Of a stretch of DNA of 47,721 nt, positions 43,097 to 47,721 are shown one piece after another; position 1 is the stretch's first letter; every line of letters starts with the position of its first letter. The notes beneath the pieces were generated by a model, which was given only the letters and a program-made list of their open reading frames with translations, searched no databases and had not been told where the DNA came from. Where the stretch lies: positions 1 through 47,721 of the forward strand of contig NZCD01000022.1 in assembly GCA_002688135.1 (NCBI GenBank), read 5' to 3'. The translations under genes and the position numbers were made by a program. Source of the DNA: Parcubacteria group bacterium. Its GTDB lineage: Bacteria; Patescibacteriota; Patescibacteriia; Magasanikbacterales; GCA-002688135.

Positions 43097-43140
43097 TGTC
43101 CCTCCAAAAATGCCAATAAAACATGTAAAAAGAACAGTTC

Positions 43141-43169
43141 AATCTATCATAATATCTACTTCTTGTCAA
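43141..43169 (-). promoter_or_regulatory. Promoter of the 8-Cys protein operon
   Basis: On the minus strand: TTGACA, 17-nt spacer, TAGATT. Confidence 0.6.
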
Positions 43170-43177
43170 CCTTAAAT

Positions 43178-43204
43178 AAAAAAACGGCCCCAACTAGGGA
43201 GCCG
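43178..43204 (-). terminator. Terminator after the kinase-like genes
   Basis: On the minus strand, CGGCTCCC-tagtt-GGGGCCG is followed by T7. It overlaps the stop codon at 43194. Confidence 0.65.
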
Positions 43205-43826
43205 TGGCAACATATTGATCTTCACGTAAATATCGAAGTAAATCAGGTCGATCATCAGAAAACGCGATCAAATTACTTCGACCAAAATCGATAATCCAAA
43301 TGACAGCATCTTCGATTACATCAGAACCAGCAGACACGAAGACCAAATCTGTAAACATGAAATTACCAAGATGTGGATCGTTGTGATGCACACCACACTT
43401 GTTGAGCTCAGCAAATGCAGACATGACATCATTATGCATCGAAACATTCATGCGCAACTTACGACGCACAAAAGTACGAAACGCTGTCTCGCCGAACACA
43501 CGATCCATAACAAAACAACCCAGATCATGATCAACATGTACAATTGATGGCACAGAAAATCTCGACGATGCAGAATCCGCAACATGCCGATGAATTTCAA
43601 TTTCTCGAACGCGATAACGAAAAGATTTATTCCAAATCTTCACCGCATATCGATCAAGAGATCGATCGAACACATCATCCGGATTAAACATGCGAAACAC
43701 CCAGCCATCTTTACCATTACCCAGATAATAATTCGTACAACCAGAACCGTAACAAAGTTCAACAACGCGAGGCAACACACACTTGATTTTTTCCAAAACC
43801 AAATCTCTGAAAGAAACAACGCTCAT
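43194..43826 (-). CDS. Small protein-kinase-like fold protein (RIO/Bud32/Kdo-kinase-like, 210 aa)
   Basis: YAVKIW (VAIK-like Lys), HHNDPHLGNFMF (HxDxxxxN catalytic loop) and IIDFGRS (DFG). Confidence 0.5.
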   Translation of the reverse strand: MSVVSFRDLVLEKIKCVLPRVVELCYGSGCTNYYLGNGKDGWVFRMFNPDDVFDRSLDRYAVKIWNKSFRYRVREIEIHRHVADSASSRFSVPSIVHVDHDLGCFVMDRVFGETAFRTFVRRKLRMNVSMHNDVMSAFAELNKCGVHHNDPHLGNFMFTDLVFVSAGSDVIEDAVIWIIDFGRSNLIAFSDDRPDLLRYLREDQYVATAP

Positions 43827-43913
43827 GACCTACCTCCAACTATTCATATTCTACCTCCAACAAAAAAGACTATCAAAAAAATAGTCTTTTGTCAAGTACT
43901 CAATTAATAAAAT

Positions 43914-44792
43914 CTACAATTCAGCAGCGATTTCAACGTCCGAAGCACTACCATCAACATCAACCGCATATTGAGATAGCATATCGTCAACTGCTGAAAT
44001 CTCAGACTCAATGGCCTGTTTTTGAGAAACAGACCCAAAAACACCAGATTCAACTGTCTGCTCAAAGTCAAGCAATACGACCTCTCCACTTCCAACAAAT
44101 CGAACCGTTTTGCCCCCAACAACAACATCACGAATTTCAGCATTCAACACATACAAATTTCCTTCGTTAATATCCTTATGAACAAAACCTATATCATGCA
44201 AATCTTCATATGTATTCAGTGTGTCACCAAATACATCATCAGAAATAATCAATCGAACACCTTCAGAACGAGCAGCTGACAACAAGCCTTGTAATGATTT
44301 ATTACTTGCATTTTGTGGTAATCGCTCCATCAAAACCCCTTTATAATCAGCACCTTTCAAATCAATTGTTCCTAATACATGAGGTACACGTAAATTTTTT
44401 TTATCCTTCGCTTTATTTTGAATTTGTTTATGGATCCCAACCTCAACAGAAACATTATGTTTTTTAGGTATAACCTTCAAGGCAATATCTTTCATAACAG
44501 GATGTTGAACAACCGCAACCATTTCATCCAATCGCATAATATACCGATCACGCGGATTTCCATCTTCATCCAAAAAATCTCCGGCAATCACATACGACTG
44601 CTCATTCCCATTTTGAAAAATTTTCGTCACAACATTCTGGATTGCTTCGACAGTATCAGACCCAACCTCTTCAGTTTCAGAATCAATTTGAGATAGCATT
44701 ACATTCAAAGCCGCTAAGGTACCCGCCGGATCATCAATCTCACATGTAACCAGCTCTTTCTCTCCCCCTCCAACTGGTGGCGTTTCTGACAT
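43914..44792 (-). CDS. Protein-kinase-like fold protein with acidic N-terminal extension (292 aa)
   Basis: IALKVIPKK (Lys), FVHKDINEGNLYV (HxDxxxxN) and VLLDFEQT (DFG-like DFE). Confidence 0.5.
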   Translation of the reverse strand: MSETPPVGGGEKELVTCEIDDPAGTLAALNVMLSQIDSETEEVGSDTVEAIQNVVTKIFQNGNEQSYVIAGDFLDEDGNPRDRYIMRLDEMVAVVQHPVMKDIALKVIPKKHNVSVEVGIHKQIQNKAKDKKNLRVPHVLGTIDLKGADYKGVLMERLPQNASNKSLQGLLSAARSEGVRLIISDDVFGDTLNTYEDLHDIGFVHKDINEGNLYVLNAEIRDVVVGGKTVRFVGSGEVVLLDFEQTVESGVFGSVSQKQAIESEISAVDDMLSQYAVDVDGSASDVEIAAEL

Positions 44793-44811
44793 ATATGGAT
44801 ATAGATAAATT

Positions 44812-46836
44812 TTATTCGTAGACGCGATCTATAGTCACGTCAGTATAATATGATTGTAAAATTTCTTTATAATTTGCACCATCATCTGCACGCATGGCTG
44901 CATCAGTTTGCGACATACCAACTCCATGTCCCCAACGTCGATTTCCCTTAGCTTTATCGTAAGGCGCAGGACGCGGTACCAAATAAGGCTTTCCTTTCCC
45001 TCCCCATGCATCGGAAAATGATCGTGTCTGACCTGATGATCGTGCGAAATATGTTGTCATCGCCACATTACCATCATACTGCACAACCTGTCCACGAGTC
45101 GCTTCAGTAGCAGCTGCAACATTCTTATTGATCTGCTCTGCAGTATACCCTTTATAAACCTGATCAACAGAACTTGAATTCAAAATATATTGTGACCCAG
45201 AAGAATGATGCTTACCTCCACGCTCAAAATAAAACATTGCAAATGATCGAGCTGCTACAACCTGTGCCTTATGAACCTCCATATGCCATGAATTTGAAAC
45301 TTCTGCTAAACCTTTCACATACGATTCAATCGGCAATTCATTCACTAACCATGTATAACCCAATTTATTTACTCGCATCTCTATCGTATCTCTATAATCA
45401 TTATAATTAATCGCAGGATTCCATTTCGCTCGACGATCAAGCGAATCAATTGTTACATAACTCGATAAAGCCTCAACAGGCTCTAATCGAAAATACGAAG
45501 TTGTAGTAAATAAATCATCTCCAATACGAATGAGCTGTGTATCAGAATCAACATCATAATACCACTCCGCAACAACCCCCTCATCTAACAATCCATAATT
45601 AACACCCTCCCCATCCATAACACGATACGGACCATGCACGCTCACTTGCGCAGCATCATCAACATTTGCAATCCCTACACGAAATCGAGGCTCTGGAATA
45701 CCACGCCAATTCTCAATAATCGGCAACTCCTTCCCAGCAATTTCTTCCGGAGCTGGAGTCGTCACTGTCACAGGCAATTCAATAAGCCCACCCCCAACAT
45801 TTTCATTCTCGCTTGTTAATTGTAAAGCTAAATTATATGTACCAACTTCACGCGGCATACGCACCGGAACATTCACAATCGCCAAACGCCCAGACATAAA
45901 TTCCCGATCCCCCATCGCCAACGCAACACGACCTTCAGGCCACGTATTCTCATGAAAAATAGAAGCAACTTCCGTAGCCAGCGCAACACCAGGCTCAATT
46001 ACCTTTACTTGCTTCCAAGTCTTAGGCCCAACATTTTTTATTCCAAATCGCAATTTCACAACCGACCCACCTGCCGCTTCAACTTCTGTATGAGATCGCA
46101 TCAAAATTAATCCAGACAACCCCTCTCCAGCATTCTCAACCTTCGGAGTTTTCGTAACCTTAATAGGAATCATCACATGAGAACCAGCTACCCACGCAAT
46201 ATCCTCAACCGCAACTTTAAACTTCTCATTATAATCTCCCAAATCCCCCGGCGCCATAATCGGCAATCGAAACGTCCCAACTTCTCCCGGCTCAACCCTA
46301 TCCTCAACCATCAATGTAGGCTGTCCCATTCCATACCACCCATGATAACTAAAAAGACTCTTCCGTGTGGAAGGGTCAGTATATAAACTCGAATAATTTT
46401 TTCCAGAATTCACCCACGCTTTTTCTCCAACATTTGTATATTTCAATTCAACTGTCTTTTCTGTATAAGGCATCATTTCAATTGATGGAATTTCACCCAC
46501 CAGTTCTGCTCCATAAGATGATGCTGCATGAGCAGTCTCGATTCCCAAAACTGAATGTAAAAAAGCCAGGGGCAAACCTTGTGGCTGCTCCTCAACATCA
46601 TAAATATCACCCGCATGAGCAACATCCGGATTCAAAACAGTTTGAAATGTGCGCAGCACCATCGCCGAGCTAATCACCAATACAAATGCGAGCGCAATCG
46701 ACCCGAGCACACGAAACTCATCAGAGATCATGCGAGCAAATCGTGCACTCATATCTTCCGGCTCGGCGTACAATTCTTGGTACACACCTATCGGACGTTC
46801 CACAACTTCTGACGCGCGCGCAACAGCCTTAGACAT
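44812..46836 (-). CDS. SpoIID/LytB-domain protein with N-terminal TM segment and Ig-like repeats
   Basis: C-terminal region: VVAARSFAMFY, VDQVYKGY, ATRGQVV.YDG....TYFARSSGQT and GHGVGMSQTDA. Confidence 0.85.
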   Translation of the reverse strand: MSKAVARASEVVERPIGVYQELYAEPEDMSARFARMISDEFRVLGSIALAFVLVISSAMVLRTFQTVLNPDVAHAGDIYDVEEQPQGLPLAFLHSVLGIETAHAASSYGAELVGEIPSIEMMPYTEKTVELKYTNVGEKAWVNSGKNYSSLYTDPSTRKSLFSYHGWYGMGQPTLMVEDRVEPGEVGTFRLPIMAPGDLGDYNEKFKVAVEDIAWVAGSHVMIPIKVTKTPKVENAGEGLSGLILMRSHTEVEAAGGSVVKLRFGIKNVGPKTWKQVKVIEPGVALATEVASIFHENTWPEGRVALAMGDREFMSGRLAIVNVPVRMPREVGTYNLALQLTSENENVGGGLIELPVTVTTPAPEEIAGKELPIIENWRGIPEPRFRVGIANVDDAAQVSVHGPYRVMDGEGVNYGLLDEGVVAEWYYDVDSDTQLIRIGDDLFTTTSYFRLEPVEALSSYVTIDSLDRRAKWNPAINYNDYRDTIEMRVNKLGYTWLVNELPIESYVKGLAEVSNSWHMEVHKAQVVAARSFAMFYFERGGKHHSSGSQYILNSSSVDQVYKGYTAEQINKNVAAATEATRGQVVQYDGNVAMTTYFARSSGQTRSFSDAWGGKGKPYLVPRPAPYDKAKGNRRWGHGVGMSQTDAAMRADDGANYKEILQSYYTDVTIDRVYE

Positions 46837-46902
46837 AGAGGAGCGAAGAGGTTAATATATACATATAATAAGATGTAATTCAGTTACTGTCAACGTATAT
46901 TT

Positions 46903-47721
46903 ATGAGTCTTGCGAAGAAAGTTGCTCACAATACCTTCATACAAATCCTCGGAAAAATAATATCGGTTATCGTCGCGGTTGCGGCGATTGCTATTTTGAC
47001 GAGATACCTCGGAACAGAACAATTTGGATGGTACACAACATCAATTGCATTCTTGCAATTTTTCGGAATTCTCGCTGATTTCGGATTAGTTCTCGTAACA
47101 TCTCAAATGCTCGCAGCCAACCCAAACAGACAAAACTCCATCATACAAAACCTCTTCACATTCCGCTTGCTCACCGCTTTTCTCATTATCGGTGTTGCGC
47201 CAATCATCGTCTTATTTTCCCCATATCCAATCGCCGTGAAACACGCAGTGCTCTTGATGTCGGCAATGTTCTTCTCAATCGCAATGCAACAAATCTTCAC
47301 GGGATTATTCCAAAAACAACTCGCCATGAAAGCAGTGGTATGGGCGGAAATCATTTCACGCATATTGTTAATCGCTGGCGTTGGATTCGTCGCATACATC
47401 AACGCAGGATTTTTGTGGGCGATGCTCGCAATCACAATCGCAAACATCATTCAACTTTTAATTCTTGCAACTGCAGGCATGAAGGTAATTCAACTCAAAC
47501 TCGCATACGATAAAACAATTTGGAAAGAAATCATTCACAAATCATACCCCATTGCATTCGCCATATTCTTCAACATGATTTACTTGCGCGCAGATATTCT
47601 CATTCTTTCATTACAACGAACACAAGCAGAAGTCGGATTGTACGGAGCAGCATACAAAATCCTCGATGTCGTCACACAAGCTCCAATCATGTTCATGGGA
47701 TTAATGCTACCCATTCTCACA
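46903..47721 (+). CDS. Polysaccharide flippase (Wzx/MOP superfamily), 3' end cut by window edge
   Basis: Not in the ORF track because there is no stop codon. The frame is open from ATG 46903 to the window end (273 codons). The product has multiple TM helices and begins MSLAKKVAHNTFIQILGKIISVIVAVAAIAILTRYLGTEQFGWY. Confidence 0.7.
   Translation, partial: MSLAKKVAHNTFIQILGKIISVIVAVAAIAILTRYLGTEQFGWYTTSIAFLQFFGILADFGLVLVTSQMLAANPNRQNSIIQNLFTFRLLTAFLIIGVAPIIVLFSPYPIAVKHAVLLMSAMFFSIAMQQIFTGLFQKQLAMKAVVWAEIISRILLIAGVGFVAYINAGFLWAMLAITIANIIQLLILATAGMKVIQLKLAYDKTIWKEIIHKSYPIAFAIFFNMIYLRADILILSLQRTQAEVGLYGAAYKILDVVTQAPIMFMGLMLPILT

Noticed and set aside
1-47721. Alternative genetic code (for example UGA recoding as in some candidate phyla)
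   Set aside because: Recognisable proteins have full family-typical lengths under the standard code. TGA appears at sensible gene ends, for example the 73-aa peptide gene and the 48-aa TM peptide gene. I found no in-frame stop interrupting a conserved domain.
1-47721. Prophage, integrase, transposase, CRISPR-Cas or classical defence-system genes
   Set aside because: I looked for hallmark motifs (tyrosine or serine recombinase, DDE transposase, RT, Cas, restriction-modification) in all ORFs of at least 60 aa and found none. Only non-autonomous repeats and tRNA scars are present.

Overview
This is 47.7 kb of a low-GC bacterial chromosome. Sampled 60-nt stretches of ordinary genes are about 37% G+C. 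Gene content and style suggest a small-genome CPR/Patescibacteria-like organism, but that is inference only. The supporting signs are a split transketolase, a DUF4012 protein, FemX plus SpoIID, many tiny membrane proteins and dense short intergenic repeats.

Backbone genes:
- RNA and DNA housekeeping: RNase J (5' truncated), RNase P RNA, IleS, RuvA and RuvB (far apart), tRNA-Ala and tRNA-Phe.
- Envelope glycan block: WbaP-like priming transferase, three GT4 glycosyltransferases, a DUF4012 protein and a repeat-rich surface protein.
- A pepA-hypothetical-ruvA-femX operon.
- Sugar-phosphate cluster: rpiB, rpe, tktN/tktC, a pfkB-family kinase, class II fba and a 2-hydroxyacid dehydrogenase. trxB and glmS lie within the same stretch.
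- Other: pgsA, a SpoIID-domain protein and a 3'-truncated Wzx-like flippase.

No rRNA, CRISPR array, integrase or transposase gene was seen. The standard genetic code appears to apply.

Most interesting items:
1. A roughly 1 kb GC-rich minus-strand unit (5092-6148) runs from a promoter to a terminator. It contains three tandem ~101-nt three-hairpin modules with compensatory changes and strand-specific G-U pairs. It is a candidate large structured ncRNA that I cannot assign to any family.
2. A GC-rich islet (19450-20769) encodes translationally coupled small membrane peptides with CxxCxxC or Cys-rich tails. It converges on an HTH-Doc toxin-antitoxin pair.
3. The RNase P RNA is about 720 nt and carries two large helical insertions.
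4. Two nested MITE-like elements with 37-bp terminal inverted repeats and outward promoter-like motifs sit immediately upstream of rpe and fba.
5. A REP-like hairpin family occurs in 8 of 8 copies on the same strand.
6. Both tRNA loci carry tRNA-fragment scars, and there is a 76-nt tRNA-like element.
7. A minus-strand block holds two atypical kinase-like proteins followed by two paralogous 8-Cys secreted proteins.

All functional calls come from motif recognition by eye. No database search was run.
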